Of a stretch of DNA of 64,000 bases, positions 12,337 to 24,188 are shown piece by piece. The translations under genes and the position numbers were made by a program. The notes under the pieces are model-generated. The model was given only the letters and a program-made list of their open reading frames with translations, ran no database searches and was not told the origin of the DNA. The stretch comes from Thecamonas trahens ATCC 50062. Lineage: Eukaryota > Protista > Apusomonadida. The stretch's first letter is position 1. The number at the start of each line of letters is the position of its first letter. The DNA lies in contig NW_013657640.1 in the NCBI RefSeq assembly GCF_000142905.1, forward strand, positions 123,208 through 187,207, given 5' to 3'.

Positions 12337-13649
12337 CTACGACCAACCCCACATAAGCAGCCGCCGCTCCAGGCGGGCGCAGACAGCGCCGGTAAGCGTC
12401 GAGAGAACGATGTGAAGAGCGCGTGCGGTGGCAATCAACTCGTAACCGTGGAAGAGACCTGCCGGCCCGTACTCTGTCATGCGGTCGCGCCACGCGTCGG
12501 CAATGCCGCAGAACGCCGAGTAGCGGGCCGAACCCGACGGCTGGCCCTTGTACTCGGGCGCCTGCTCGCCGTCGCGGGCCAGCACGATTCGGATGGTGTC
12601 AAGCGGATGGCAAGCAAGCGAGGAGATGATGCCGCTGACCACGTACGAGAGGAGGACGTGGGTGTTGAGCCACGGCGAGCGGAAGTTGAGCACAAAGTAC
12701 CGCAGAAAGACGTGATGGACAAGGTCAAAGACCAGGTCGTCGAGCCGGTCTGAGACCATCTCCACAAACGCGATTTGAAGAGCGAGGCCCATCCGGTCTC
12801 GGCCACGGCCGTCTTGGCCGCGTCCCACCACGAGGCGTACTTGGGCTTGGCTGTCCCGCCGTGAGCCGACGGCACGTCGCTCATGTACCGCAGCGTGATG
12901 GTCCGCAGCGGTGCGAGCAAAATGGTGAGCACGTGCTCGGTGATGTAGTATGGGTCGTTGAGCGGGAAGACCGCAGGCAGGCGCAGTCGCGGCGGCCAGG
13001 TCCGGAGCCCGCGCACCAGCTCGCCCATCGACGAGACAGTCTTTTCGCCGCGCTGCGCCACCAGCGCGGTGTAGACTGGCTGGTCAAGCAGTGTGTGCAA
13101 GCCACGCGAGACAAGCGAGATAAACATCGTCGCCCACACGCCCTTGTACACTCCGGTCGCCCGCAGCTCGTCCAGGACGGCGATGGCGCCGGCCCGCGGC
13201 GCGAGCAGGACGCCGTACGAGACCGCACCGCCGTCGTCGGCCGCCGCGCCGTCCCCCTCCAGCCGCGCCTGCACCAGTGGATGGTCAAGCGGGAGGTCCA
13301 TATACGCCACACCCGGCCCGCGCGCCCGGAGCACTACCCGTGCCCGTCGGACCACAAACAGCGCCACCGCTGGCGCCACCACCCGCAGCGCGCCGAGCCC
13401 GAGCCCCACCAGCGAGACCGAGGCCAGCAGCCCGCTCAGCATCCCGCCACCACTCGCGAAGTTGCTGTCGCTGCTGCTGCTCCCGCTCGCGCCTGCGGGC
13501 GCCTTCCCGCTCCTGCTTCCTCCCCCGTTCGCGCCCTGCATCTGCGCCACCATGCGCGTCACCGAGCCGACCTTGGCCCCACCACCTCCGCCGCCGCCGC
13601 CCATGCCCATGCCCACGCTCCTACCACTGCTGGATCCTCCGGCCTGCAT
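12337..13649 (-). CDS. Divergent mitochondrial carrier (SLC25; MTCH/SLC25A46-like), frameshifted near 12775
   Basis: Carrier repeats PLRTITLR, Y-x-S-x-x-D...E-x-G-x-x-x-LFK, HPLDTIR and G-x-x-GLFHG are split over ORFs 12477..13649 and 12337..12831. One extra A in TTC AAA (A)TC rejoins them. Confidence 0.7.
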
Positions 13650-13909
13650 TCTCGCTCAGGCTCCTCCACGCGGTCTGTCCGTCAGAGCCTCCGAGTCGTG
13701 TGTGTGTGTGCCTCCACTGTCAGTCGAGACTGGTGCCGCCGGCGGGGCCACACGCCCAGGCGCGCCGCGCCACGCCACGCCCGGTCGCTGCCTAGCAGTC
13801 GTCGGCCCGCCAGCCAGCCAGCGGTCGGCCATCCATCGTCTCCATCGCCCATCACCGCCGACACCTTGCCGCCCCTCGCCACGCCACCACTCTCTCTCCA
13901 GCACACGGC

Positions 13910-15098
13910 ATGGCATCCACCGAGCTCGAGGGCACCGTGTCGGGCTTTAGCACCTTTGGCCTCGACGTCGAGCTCGAGCAGGCGCTGCTCGACCTTGGGT
14001 ACACAACGCCGTCGTCGGTCCAGGTCCAGGCCATCCCGCTCATCCTGGACGGGCGCGACGTGCTGGCCCGGGCACGGACAGGGTCCGGCAAGACCGTTGC
14101 CTATCTCGCGCCGCTCATCCAGCGGGTGCTGCTGCACAAGGCGGTGGCGCTCGAGTCCGGGACCGAGCCTGCGCGTGGCTCCATCAAGGGCCTGGTCCTG
14201 GTCCCCTCGCGCGAGCTCTGCCGGCAGGTCTACGACGTCGTCTCGCAGCTCACCGTCCACTGCCCGCAGCGGATCTCGTTCTACCAGGTCGGCTCCGACG
14301 ACACGCTCAAGTCGACCCGGCTCCTTGGCGCCTTGCCCGACGTCCTCATTGGCACTCCGTCGCGTGTCCTCCTCCTCGCCCCGCTCCTCAATCTGGCCGA
14401 CAGCCTGCTGCAAGTCGCTGTCGACGAGGCCGATCTGCTGCTCTCGTATGGCTACGAGGCCGACATGAAGGCTCTTCTCGGCCACTTTCCACGCATTGTT
14501 CAGACCGTGCTTATGTCGGCCACGCTCTCGGACGACGTCCTTGCCCTCCGTGAGCTCCTCCTCAACAAGCCCGTCGTCCTCCGTATCGGTGAGGACGACG
14601 CCTCGGGCATGTCCGCCAGCTCGCTCAAGCAGTTTTACATCTACGTCGACGAAGAGTCCAAGTACCTGCTCCTCTACTCACTCCTCAAGCTCCGCGTCAT
14701 CAAGGGCAAGGTTCTCATCTTTGTCAACTCGGTCGACCGCTGCTACAAGACAAAGCTCTTCCTCGAGCGCTTCTCGCTCCGCTGCGCTGTCCTCAACGCC
14801 GACCTCCCGCTCAACTCGCGCTACTCGGTAGTGACGCAGTTTGGCAAGGGTATGTTTGACTACCTCATCGCCACGGACAAGGCGACTGTCATGCCGGTCC
14901 AGCCGACGAGCGAGTCCAAGCCGGAGGCCAAGACCAAGACCAAGACCAAGATCAAGGCCAAGACCAAGACCAAGGCAAAGGCAAAGGCAAAGGCTAAGGC
15001 CTCTGGCTCCAGCTCCGGCTCGGGCTCCGACTCTGGCGGCTCTGCTTCTGGATCGGCCTCGAACTCGGCCGCCGGCTCTGGCTCTGGCTCTGACTCTG

Positions 15099-15153
<55 letters not shown>

Positions 15154-15913
15154 CTCTGCCTCGGATGGCTCCGGCTCGGGCTCCGGCTCGGACGCCCCGC
15201 CGGCCAAGAAGGCCAAGGCCACGTCTGGCAAGGCCAAGACGACCAAGAGCAACCTGGATGAGGACGAGATCGGTGTCTCGCGTGGAATCGACTTTAAGGA
15301 GGTCGACACCGTCATCAACCTCGACTTTCCTAACAGCGTTGAGACGTACATCCACCGGATCGGGCGGACGGCTCGCGGCGGTGCCGCAGGCTCCGCTCTT
15401 TCGATGGTTTCGTCGCGCGACAAGCAAACGCTTGAGCGCCTCCGCGGCGAGCTTGCCCGTGAGTCTGCCACCGCCAAGAGCAACCCCGAGACCCGGAAGC
15501 GCATGGCGCGCGGCGAGCTCGATCTCCAGGCGTACAACTTTGACCTCAAGCGCATTGTCCAGTTCCAGTACCGCGTTCGCAACGTTCTCATGTCCATCAC
15601 CAAGAAGACCGTCAAGGATGCACGTATTGCCGAGATTCGCAACGAGATCGTCAACTCGGACAAGCTCCAGGCTCACTTTGAGGACAACCCCACTGATCTC
15701 GATGCCCTCAAGCACGACGTCGTCCTCAACCCGCAGGCCGTCAACAAGGGGCTGGCCAAGATCCCGTCGTATTTGCTCTCGTCTACTGAGCTGCAAATGC
15801 TGCACAAGGAGGCCGACGCCATCGCCGTCCGCAAGAACAAGGGCGTCAAGCGCCGCGTCTCCAAGAATAAGCGCAAGCGCCGCGGTGACCCGCTCAAGCG
15901 TAAGCGCAGGTAA
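13910..15913 (+). CDS. DBP9: DEAD-box RNA helicase DBP9/DDX56 (60S biogenesis)
   Basis: [48 protein letters not shown]; C-terminal AHFEDNP-x-DL and P-x-YL; basic tail. Confidence 0.93.
15075..15157 (+). repeat. (GGCTCT)n coding microsatellite giving a Gly-Ser tract in DBP9
   Basis: Direct tandem GGCTCT hexamers. Confidence 0.9.
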
Positions 15914-15981
15914 AGCAAGATCGTGCCCTCCCGCCTCCTTTCCGCTCAATCCGCGGCAGGGCGCCGCCAGTTGCCGACACA

Positions 15982-17878
15982 TCACGTGTCAAAAGCCTCA
16001 AATAGCGTCCACGACGCAAGAAGCTGCAGCTCTTGAAACTCACGATGCACTTCTTGCAGCTGCTGCATGTCCTGCAGGTAGTGGAAGAGCGTGTCGCGCG
16101 GCCAGAGCGTTTCCAGCTCACCGGCGGTGAGACCCTGGAGGTTGGCAGCAATGTGTGCTTCCCATCCCAGGCCCTCTTCGCGGTTGGTGAGGAGGAATGA
16201 GTTGACCCGCTGCACGATCGAGTCGAGTGTCGCGTTGGACGTCGCCAGCGAGCGGTTCGACGGCCTGCGGCGAAGGCCCGAGTTGGCGCGCGAGAGCCCG
16301 CCCGGCGACGCCAGCGTTGTGTTGGGCAGGCTCGAGTCGTCCTCAGTGGACGACTCACCGTCAGTGCCTACCGGCGATGCGGCTCGCGATGAGCCGCGCG
16401 AGACCGGCCCAACGCCGCCGGCGCCTGGCGCCCCGGCCGGCGCCCCGCCTCCGGGCGGCGAGTGCAGCGCCGACTTTGCGCCTGCCGACGCACCAGCACC
16501 TGCCACCCCAACGCCAAGGTTCGGGCTTTTGGTGGCGCCCTTGGCCATCGCCGTGTTGTACGTGTCGAGCTTCTTAAAGTACCGCCGGATCGAGCGCTTC
16601 TTTTGCGGGCCATCTTCTCCTCGTGCATCCGCTCCGATGCAATGGCAAAGTTCTTGACCATGACTCCCACAAAATGTTGCGAAAGGCAAAAGCGCCGATG
16701 AAGACCCATGAGAGAAAGTACGTCGCCGTAATGAACCGCGGAATGATGAGTGCCACATCCTGGTGGATGAGATACCATTGGTCGAGCGTGATGAGCTGGA
16801 AGAGCGTGATGAGCGCGTTGCCCATGCCTCGGAACTTCTCCTGGTACTGCAGATCGCTCCGCTCCGACTCGGTGTACTCGGCAAAGAGGTAGATGCCAGC
16901 GACGGCGTAGATGTACGCCACAAGGCCGAGCAGAATCATGATGAACGACATCGAGTTGAACGCCTGGAGCGTCGTCTCCACGATGATTCGGATGCCTGTA
17001 AAGTGGACCAGGAGCTTGAGCGCTCGCAGGACGCGGAGAAGCCGCAACTGCTTGGCAACCACCGCAAACTTGCGCGACGACGCCGATGAGCCCGAGAGGA
17101 AGAACGGGAGAACTTCCGGCACCGCCGAAAGGAGCGTGACCAGAAAGTCAAAGACGTTCCATCCCGACTGCCAAAACTTCATGAACGAGTCGATCCACTT
17201 GAGCCCGATCTCCAGGAGAAAGACGTAGAGCGCAAAGAGATCGAGAAAGTACAGGATGCGGAGTGTGAGCCAGTACTCGCTTTCGTTCTCGCTCAGCTCG
17301 GCCTGGACGCCGAGCACGACTGCGTTCATGAGGATGACGCCCAGAATGAGCCACTCAAAGTAGTGGTGCGTCACGATCCAGTGCGCCCACAGGCCGAGCG
17401 GTGGCGAGTTGACGTTCTTCAGCCGCGTCATTCGCTTGTCCTGGAACTTCTTGAACTCGCCCTCCTTGTCCGGCCGCCGCTTAAAATGCTTGAACTTGAC
17501 CATCTGGTGCGGCGTCTCCTTCAGCACCTTGGTGAACGTCCGGTTTCCGCCCGGCTCGAGCACGCCAGCCTCGGCTGCTCGCGCATCGAGCGATGCCATC
17601 TCCACTCCGCGCCCACTCCCACTCCCACCGCCACCGCCGACGACGTCCTCGTCTTCGTCGGGCGCCGGGAAGAGCGAGCCTGCGTCAAAGACCGGCGCGT
17701 GCGAGCTCTGCGTCTGCTCCAGGTTCTCCAGCAGCCGGAACTCCTCGATCAGCTTGTCGCGGAAGACAGAGGCTCTCGTCGAGATGTCGTTGAACGTGTG
17801 CTTCTCCTTCTTGGCCTTGACCTTGGCCTCGGCCTGCTCCTCATGCGCCCGGTGGACTCCCGAGGCAATGGCTGCCAT
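15982..17878 (-). CDS. CATSPER2: CatSper2-like cation channel alpha subunit (6TM), two apparent frameshifts (~16672, ~16602)
   Basis: PPL-x-LWA-x-W, FW-x-S-x-WNVFDF, S4 LRLLRVLRALK, F-x-EYT-x-S-x-R-x-DL-x-Y, pore TLDQW and C-terminal WPRD(T/S)LF-x-Y all match my recollection of animal CatSper2. Split over ORFs 16574..17971, 16368..16778 and 15982..16923. Confidence 0.88.
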
Positions 17879-18581
17879 GCCCTCGCCACTACACCTGACG
17901 AGCCGAGCCGAGTCTTTGCCTGCTTGCCCGGCCCGCAGCCACCCCCCCCCCCCCCCCCCCTTCCGCTCCACTCAATTCGGCTCTTAACCTTTACGGTACG
18001 GAATCGACAAACTTGTCCATCGCACAAGCCGCGCTCCGCAACGTCCATCGATCGCGGTAAAAGAGAAGTACAAGGTGTTGATGGCTGCTGTGGCCACTGG
18101 TGGGCTACAACAGAACACAGTCGGCGATGCAGAGATGGACGCCGCACGCGGCGCAAAAGGTCCGCGGCCGCGATCGCTTACCATGAAGCCCCCGGCAGGC
18201 GGGGCAGTCACGGCGTACGGCGGCTTGTTGGGGAAAGCGGTGATGACGAGCAGTCGCTGCAGAGGGACGTTTCCGCTTGCGCGAGGTCGTTGAGTCTGGA
18301 AGACGAGAGCAGGTTGCCAGGAAGCGGCACTCGATCGAGTTCTTGCACGCGAGAACAGCGAGATCGCCGCCCACGTTGCACACAAGAGCGTCGCCAGAAC
18401 AAGCGTCGGGCGGCAGGACCCACGTGCGAGCCACGCATCGGGCGCGCCTCTTATTTCAAGCCGCAGGCTGAGCAGGCGTCGCGCAGCGTCGGCTGGTGAC
18501 CTGGAAGTCAAGCATCATCAAGTTGTTCACTTTGAGACGCGCGACAACGCGTCCGAACAACCGTGTACCGGTAAGGGCTAT

Positions 18582-19904
18582 TCACCACAGCGAGTCAAAG
18601 TCGCCGTCATACCGCACAGGCCCGGAATGGCCGCCGCTTGTAGGGGCCGGCGGCGCCGCAATCTGAACCCGCTTGGACGGAAAGGTGCTGCCGCCGACAG
18701 AAGATGGTGGCGGGACGAGCTTCTTGCCGCCAGCAGCTGCAGGCGCGACTTTGACCGCACCGGCTGCCTTCTTGACGGGGGCCGGCGGCGTCGGCGCCGA
18801 GGCCGCCGGCATGGTGGCGGCAAGCGCGGGCGCGCCGCCGGGCAGGCTCCCATCGACGTTCGGCAGCCGCCAGTCGATCGGGTCGAGGCCGCGCTTGGCA
18901 AGAAAGGCGTTGGCCTTGCCAAAGTGGTTGCAGCCAAAGTAGCCGCGGTAGGCCGAGAGTGGGGACGGATGGACCGACTTGAGGACGCAGTGCTTGGAGG
19001 TCGACACAATCTTACCCTTGCTCTGCGCATATGAGCCCCACAGAAGAAAGACCAGGCCAGTCCGGTGCTTGTTGAGCGCCGCAATGACGGCGTCAGTAAA
19101 CTGCTCCCAGCCCATCTTCTGGTGCGAACCAGCGTCGCGGGCCCGGACGGTGAGCATCGAGTTGAGGAGGAGGACGCCCTGCTTGGCCCACGACTCGAGG
19201 CACCCGTTGTCGGGCTTGGCAAAGCTCTCGTACTCGGCCTCAAGCTCCTTGAAGATGTTCTTGAGCGACGGCGGCGGCGGGACGCCGTGCCGGACCGAAA
19301 AGCACAGGCCGTGTGCCTGCCCGGGCCCGTGGTACGGATCCTGGCCGAGAATGACGACCTTGACCTTGTCAAACGGAGTAAAGCCAAAGGCGTTGAAGAC
19401 CTCGGCCGCCGGCGGGAAGATCCGCCGCCCGCTCACGGCCTCGCGCCGCAGCTTGGCTTGCAGTGCAAGCCAATACGGCTTGTCGAACTCGCGGCCGAGC
19501 CGCTTGGCCCACGACTCGTCGAGCGCAAGCTCCATGTTTCCGAAAAAGTCCTCGGCCAGCGCCGCCTTGATCGCCCGCTTGCGCAGCGCCGCCCGACGCT
19601 TCGCCTGCACCGCCTCGTGCTGCGTCTCGCTCAGCCCTGAGTTTGGGTTGTGCGGCTCGTCGGCTGGGAGCGACGCCTCGAGCGCCGCCCACCGCGAGCC
19701 GCACCCGGCCGCCGCTGCATGGCCGCCGCCATGTCCGCCATGCCCACTGCCCCAGCCCCCGCTGCTTCCGGGCTCCGGAAAGTCGGACCGCTGCCGCTTC
19801 GACGCGCCCAGGGATGCCGGATGCGCCGTCTCACGCCCGCGCTTGCGCGAGCCGCCGCCAGCCCCGCCCGCCGGCGGGCCGAAGAACGACGTAATGGACT
19901 GCAT
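18582..19904 (-). CDS. UNG: Uracil-DNA glycosylase, family 1
   Basis: GQDPYH, GLCFSV, PPSL-x-NI, WA-x-QGVLLLN, LWG, HPSPLS; N-terminal PIP-like MQSITSFF. Confidence 0.96.
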   Translation of the reverse strand: MQSITSFFGPPAGGAGGGSRKRGRETAHPASLGASKRQRSDFPEPGSSGGWGSGHGGHGGGHAAAAGCGSRWAALEASLPADEPHNPNSGLSETQHEAVQAKRRAALRKRAIKAALAEDFFGNMELALDESWAKRLGREFDKPYWLALQAKLRREAVSGRRIFPPAAEVFNAFGFTPFDKVKVVILGQDPYHGPGQAHGLCFSVRHGVPPPPSLKNIFKELEAEYESFAKPDNGCLESWAKQGVLLLNSMLTVRARDAGSHQKMGWEQFTDAVIAALNKHRTGLVFLLWGSYAQSKGKIVSTSKHCVLKSVHPSPLSAYRGYFGCNHFGKANAFLAKRGLDPIDWRLPNVDGSLPGGAPALAATMPAASAPTPPAPVKKAAGAVKVAPAAAGGKKLVPPPSSVGGSTFPSKRVQIAAPPAPTSGGHSGPVRYDGDFDSLW

Positions 19905-20186
19905 GCTCTGCCTGCTGCTGCCGATCAACACGCCCTGCAAACGGTGTCTCTACTTGCTCTCTCTGCGTCTGCACCGGCGCTTCGAGTGCCGATGGTTGCC
20001 GAGTGCGGTGTGCCGGGCCCGTGCGGCATCGTGCCTGGCCGACCTCCCGTGGCTGACGTCCCCTGGCTGCGCTATCCGCCGTAGATTCTACCTCCGTTGG
20101 CGCCCGCGGACCAACCGGTGCCCAGCCGCAGCCAGTCCCTCCCCCTCCCCCTTCGTCACCAGGACTCCTCTCTCCTCTTTCACACC

Positions 20187-21098
20187 ATGCTCCGCTGCAT
20201 CGCCACGCTGACTGCCACCGCGGCGCCACGGCTCGGGGCCGCCAGCTGCCGCGCGGTGACGACGGCTGCGGGCGAGTCGGAGCCGCTGGTGGTGGTCACG
20301 ACGAGGGACAATGGCGTGGCGTCACTCGAGCTCAACGCGCCGGCATCGCTCAACGCGCTGACGGTGGCCATGGGCGGCGAGTTTACGGCTGCCGTCCGCG
20401 AGCTCAGCGCAGACGAGGCTGTGCGGGCGGTGGTGGTGACCGGGCGCGGACGGGCGTTCTCGGCCGGCGGCGACCTGGCCTTTCTCCACGAGCGGACGCA
20501 GGACAACCCGGTCTCCAACACGGCGCACATGATGGCCTTCTACCGAGCCTTCCTCGCCGTCCGCGACCTGCCTGTCCCGGTCATTGCCGCCATCAACGGC
20601 CACGCCGTTGGCGCCGGCTGCTGCTTTGCGCTCGCCGCAGACATGCGCCTCGTCCACGACGCCGCAAAGGTCGGCTTCAACTTTGTTCGCCTCGGCCTGC
20701 ACCCGGGCATGGGCTGCACCCACACGCTACCGGCTCTGGTCGGCCCGCAGCGCGCCGCACGACTCCTGCTCTCTGGCGATCTAGTCTCTGGGGCCGAGGC
20801 CGTCGACCTTGGCCTTGCTAACGAGCTGGTGACAGCGCCCGAGGATCCGGCTGCGGGCATCCGGTCCACCTTTGACGCAGCCCTCGCACTTGCCGCCGAT
20901 CTCGCCGCCAACACCTCGCCCGAGGCCTCGCGGACTCTAACTCGCACCCTTCGCAACGCCGCAGATGTCGGCCTCGACGCCGCGCTCGCCCGCGAGGCTG
21001 ATTGCCAGGCCCACTCGTACGCCTCACTCGACTTTCAGCAGCGGCTCGCCGACATGCGGGCTGCCACCTCGTCCAAGGCCAAGGCCAAGCGCGCCTAA
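20187..21098 (+). CDS. Enoyl-CoA hydratase/isomerase (crotonase) family, probably mitochondrial
   Basis: AFSAGGDL, PVIAAINGHAVGAG, LALxxDMR-like segment, GLHPGMG; Arg/Ala-rich presequence. Confidence 0.9.
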   Translation: MLRCIATLTATAAPRLGAASCRAVTTAAGESEPLVVVTTRDNGVASLELNAPASLNALTVAMGGEFTAAVRELSADEAVRAVVVTGRGRAFSAGGDLAFLHERTQDNPVSNTAHMMAFYRAFLAVRDLPVPVIAAINGHAVGAGCCFALAADMRLVHDAAKVGFNFVRLGLHPGMGCTHTLPALVGPQRAARLLLSGDLVSGAEAVDLGLANELVTAPEDPAAGIRSTFDAALALAADLAANTSPEASRTLTRTLRNAADVGLDAALAREADCQAHSYASLDFQQRLADMRAATSSKAKAKRA

Positions 21099-21114
21099 GT
21101 CTAGCCGTCGATGC

Positions 21115-21915
21115 CTAAAACATGAGTCCCTTGCCCTTGCTCGTTGCTGCGCCGCCAAACAGCGGCGGCGGCGCAGCAGCCTCGAACACAGCCTCGACCG
21201 CGCCCGCGCCCGTTCCGACCCGCGCTGTCGCCGCCCCGGTCTCGTCCTCGGCGGCGGCAAAGGCCATGGCGAGCTGCGGGCCCGGTGTGCCATTGTCGCG
21301 CGTCACTCGTGCCACTATCCCACCATCTGGTGCCTCGATGTCGACGGTGAAGCTCCCGTGCGCGGCCGGCGCGCCGTCGTTAACCTCTGCCGCCACCCGC
21401 AGCGCGTCGTCGGGGACCGCGGCCGTGTCGGCGGCGCCGGCATCGGCCAGCAGCTTCGGGAGAGCCTCGCCAGCCATTACCCACCGCGAGTCCGAGAGGG
21501 TGACCAGCTTGAGCTCCGGCGCAGTGTACGCGCCAGCACGATTCGCCACGCTGCCATCAGCCGCCAGCTCGACGCACAGCTTGGGCAGGGCCGGCAGCCA
21601 CTCGCGGAGGCAGAACAGGTTGTACTCTGCGCCGGCAGAGCCAGCGCCCACTCCGTGGACGGCACGGCACTCGGGTACACCAGCCAGCTCCATGGCGGTG
21701 TCCAACCCCCCAAGCGCTAGCGATGGCACCGCTGGGGCAATCCCGGCGACCGCCACCGGGCCTGGCGACGGCAGTCCGCACCGCGAGCACTCTGTTCGAC
21801 GCGCCCGGGCCGCTCCCCCGCCCGCCGCCCGCGCCCAGCCCCGCCTGCTGCTTGCCGCCACCGCCGCCATCACCGCTGCGCCCTGCCGCGCCATGCGTGC
21901 CCATGCCAGAGCCAT
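21115..21915 (-). CDS. Hypothetical protein with a mitochondrial-presequence-like N-terminus
   Basis: Open frame with GC3-rich codons. N-terminus MALAWARMARQ...RRGWAR lacks acidic residues. No family recognised; the start lies close to an assembly gap. Confidence 0.55.
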   Translation of the reverse strand: MALAWARMARQGAAVMAAVAASSRRGWARAAGGGAARARRTECSRCGLPSPGPVAVAGIAPAVPSLALGGLDTAMELAGVPECRAVHGVGAGSAGAEYNLFCLREWLPALPKLCVELAADGSVANRAGAYTAPELKLVTLSDSRWVMAGEALPKLLADAGAADTAAVPDDALRVAAEVNDGAPAAHGSFTVDIEAPDGGIVARVTRDNGTPGPQLAMAFAAAEDETGAATARVGTGAGAVEAVFEAAAPPPLFGGAATSKGKGLMF

Positions 21916-21972
21916 TCCTGCTTTGCAGCTGCAATGACCAAGAAAGGTGTGTGGATAGCAGGCTGTAAAGAG

Positions 21973-22187
21973 NNNNNNNNNNNNNNNNNNNNNNNNNNNN
22001 NNNNNNNNNNNNNNNNNNNNNNNNNNNNNNNNNNNNNNNNNNNNNNNNNNNNNNNNNNNNNNNNNNNNNNNNNNNNNNNNNNNNNNNNNNNNNNNNNNNN
22101 NNNNNNNNNNNNNNNNNNNNNNNNNNNNNNNNNNNNNNNNNNNNNNNNNNNNNNNNNNNNNNNNNNNNNNNNNNNNNNNNNNNNNNN
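21973..22187. other. Assembly gap (Ns)
   Basis: N run. Confidence 1.
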
Positions 22188-22256
22188 CCAGAACGTCAGC
22201 CACCACCGACAGACCCCTCCCTCTCCCTTCCCCTCGCCCAGCCCTCTCCATCCTCC

Positions 22257-23774
22257 ATGCCACCCATCCACCCGCTGCTGGCGGCCGTGGCTATGGCTGT
22301 AGTCTGCCTCGTGCTCGCTATGGCCAGCCCGCCACCCGCTGCAGGCGCCAGGCACTCGCTGGGGACTACTGATGCTGTGGAGTATGCTGCACAGGTGGAA
22401 GCTGCGGCGGCTGCGGCGGCTGCAGGGGCAGCGGCGGCAGCAGAGGCGTCCGGTGCGCGCACTACGTCATCGCTGGGGTCTGGAGACTGGCTTGCTGGTG
22501 CAGGGACAACTGGCGAGCCGGAACAAGTCCACGTTGCGCTCACCGGCTTCCCGCATGCCCTCCGCGTCATGTGGGTCACCTTTGGTGGCGCGGGCGCAGG
22601 CGCAGAGGCTGCGTGGGGCACGGCGCCGGGCGTCCTGGCTGCTACCGCCCGGGCCAATGCATCGACATACGACGTTGGCATTCTCGGCGGCTGGCACGGC
22701 ACCATTCACACCGTAGACATGGTCTTTCCTTCCCACCTGCCCCCACGGACGACGGTCTACTACGCGGTCTCGGGCACCTGCCCCACCGCCTGCTGGTCGC
22801 CGGTCTTTTCAGTCGCGCTACCGGCGGCGATCGGAATGGAGACGGCAACCACGCTCGCACTGTGGGGTGACATGGGGACGGTCATTCCTGACGGCTGGCG
22901 TGTTGCCGCCGATGTGGCTGCCGCGGCCCGTCGCGCGGATGGGGCCTGGAACGCTATGCACATTGTCGGCGACTTGGCGTACGCCGGCATGGGCGCCCAC
23001 GATGCTTGGCAACCGATCTGGGACATGTTTGGCCGCCAGATGCAAGACGCCGCAGTCCAGGTGCCGCTCATGGTTTCGGTCGGCAACCACGAGGAGTACT
23101 ACGACTTTGAGGCCTACGTCAAGCGCTTCTCGGCTCCGGGAGCCGTCCTCACTCCTGGCGCCAACCGCCACTTCTGGTACTCGTACGAGGTCGGCAACAT
23201 CCATGTCACCTCGATGTCGACTGAGCACCCATACCTACCGGGCACGCCGCAATACGCCTGGCTCGCCGCCGATCTCAAGGCTGTTGACCGCCGCCGCACC
23301 CCGTGGCTTGTCCTCGTCTCGCACCGTCCGTTTCTTGCCTCGGACGCCTTTGAGCACACCGCCCACATCCCCGGCGCACCGCTAGTTGACTCTGTCGGCC
23401 GACTTGCGGCTGCGGCCGGTGTTGATCTTGTTGTCTCGGGCCATTGTCACGTGTACGAGCGGACGCTGCCGACGCTCCCGTCGGGCGCCGTCACCTCGCA
23501 CGGCGCCGCCAACGGGACCGTCTTCCACGCCCCGGGCGCGCCCATCTGGATCGTCGCCGGTACCGGCGGCGCCATCTACCCAGACTCGTGGGTCGTCCCC
23601 ATTCCACCTTGGTCCGCCGTTCGCATCCACAAGCTCGGCGACGACATCGTGTACGGCTACGGCGTCGTCTCCACAAACGCCACTGCGCTCGAGTGGACCC
23701 TTCATCGCGCCGCCCACTCCAGCTACCCCGGCGGCCCCAGCCACATCCTCGACCGCTTCACACTCATCCGGTGA
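22257..23774 (+). CDS. Secreted purple acid phosphatase (FN3-like N-domain + metallophosphoesterase)
   Basis: Signal peptide; PEQVH; GDMG, GDLAY, GNHE, SHRP, GHCH-x-YER. Confidence 0.93.
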   Translation: MPPIHPLLAAVAMAVVCLVLAMASPPPAAGARHSLGTTDAVEYAAQVEAAAAAAAAGAAAAAEASGARTTSSLGSGDWLAGAGTTGEPEQVHVALTGFPHALRVMWVTFGGAGAGAEAAWGTAPGVLAATARANASTYDVGILGGWHGTIHTVDMVFPSHLPPRTTVYYAVSGTCPTACWSPVFSVALPAAIGMETATTLALWGDMGTVIPDGWRVAADVAAAARRADGAWNAMHIVGDLAYAGMGAHDAWQPIWDMFGRQMQDAAVQVPLMVSVGNHEEYYDFEAYVKRFSAPGAVLTPGANRHFWYSYEVGNIHVTSMSTEHPYLPGTPQYAWLAADLKAVDRRRTPWLVLVSHRPFLASDAFEHTAHIPGAPLVDSVGRLAAAAGVDLVVSGHCHVYERTLPTLPSGAVTSHGAANGTVFHAPGAPIWIVAGTGGAIYPDSWVVPIPPWSAVRIHKLGDDIVYGYGVVSTNATALEWTLHRAAHSSYPGGPSHILDRFTLIR

Positions 23775-24188
23775 TATTTCATAGTTTCCAACTGCAAACA
23801 CTCTTCCGCCGTCAGACAGGCCGCGCGGCCCAGCCAGCTGCCATCGATCCGGGGCCAATCGGTCGTGCCGCTCCGCCACGACGGCCAGCCAGCCAAGCCA
23901 ACTAGTCAGCCAGCCAGCCACCCCCCACCACGGGCGCACCCACTCCCACGGGCACCCCACTCCACCCTTCCCACCCCCCACCCCCCACCCCCCACCCCCC
24001 CACCCCCACGCCAAAACCGCCCCCTCCACCCCACCCCCCCCACCCAGGTACGCCCTGCCGCCTCCCGCTGCCCGTTGCCGGTGCCTGCCTGCGCCCCTTC
24101 CCCGAAGCCTCCAACGAATTTTTGCCGGTGGCAGACCACCCCTCTCACACCCGTCCACCGCCCCCTCCCCCTCCCCCCCACGCACAGC

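Noticed and set aside
14900-15260. KT/KA/GS insertion in DBP9 as a novel domain
   Set aside because: It is a low-complexity expansion at a site that is a variable loop in Dbp9/DDX56.
18075-18499. Possible small frameshifted gene between CatSper2 and UNG
   Set aside because: No recognisable motif, and it requires an assumed indel.
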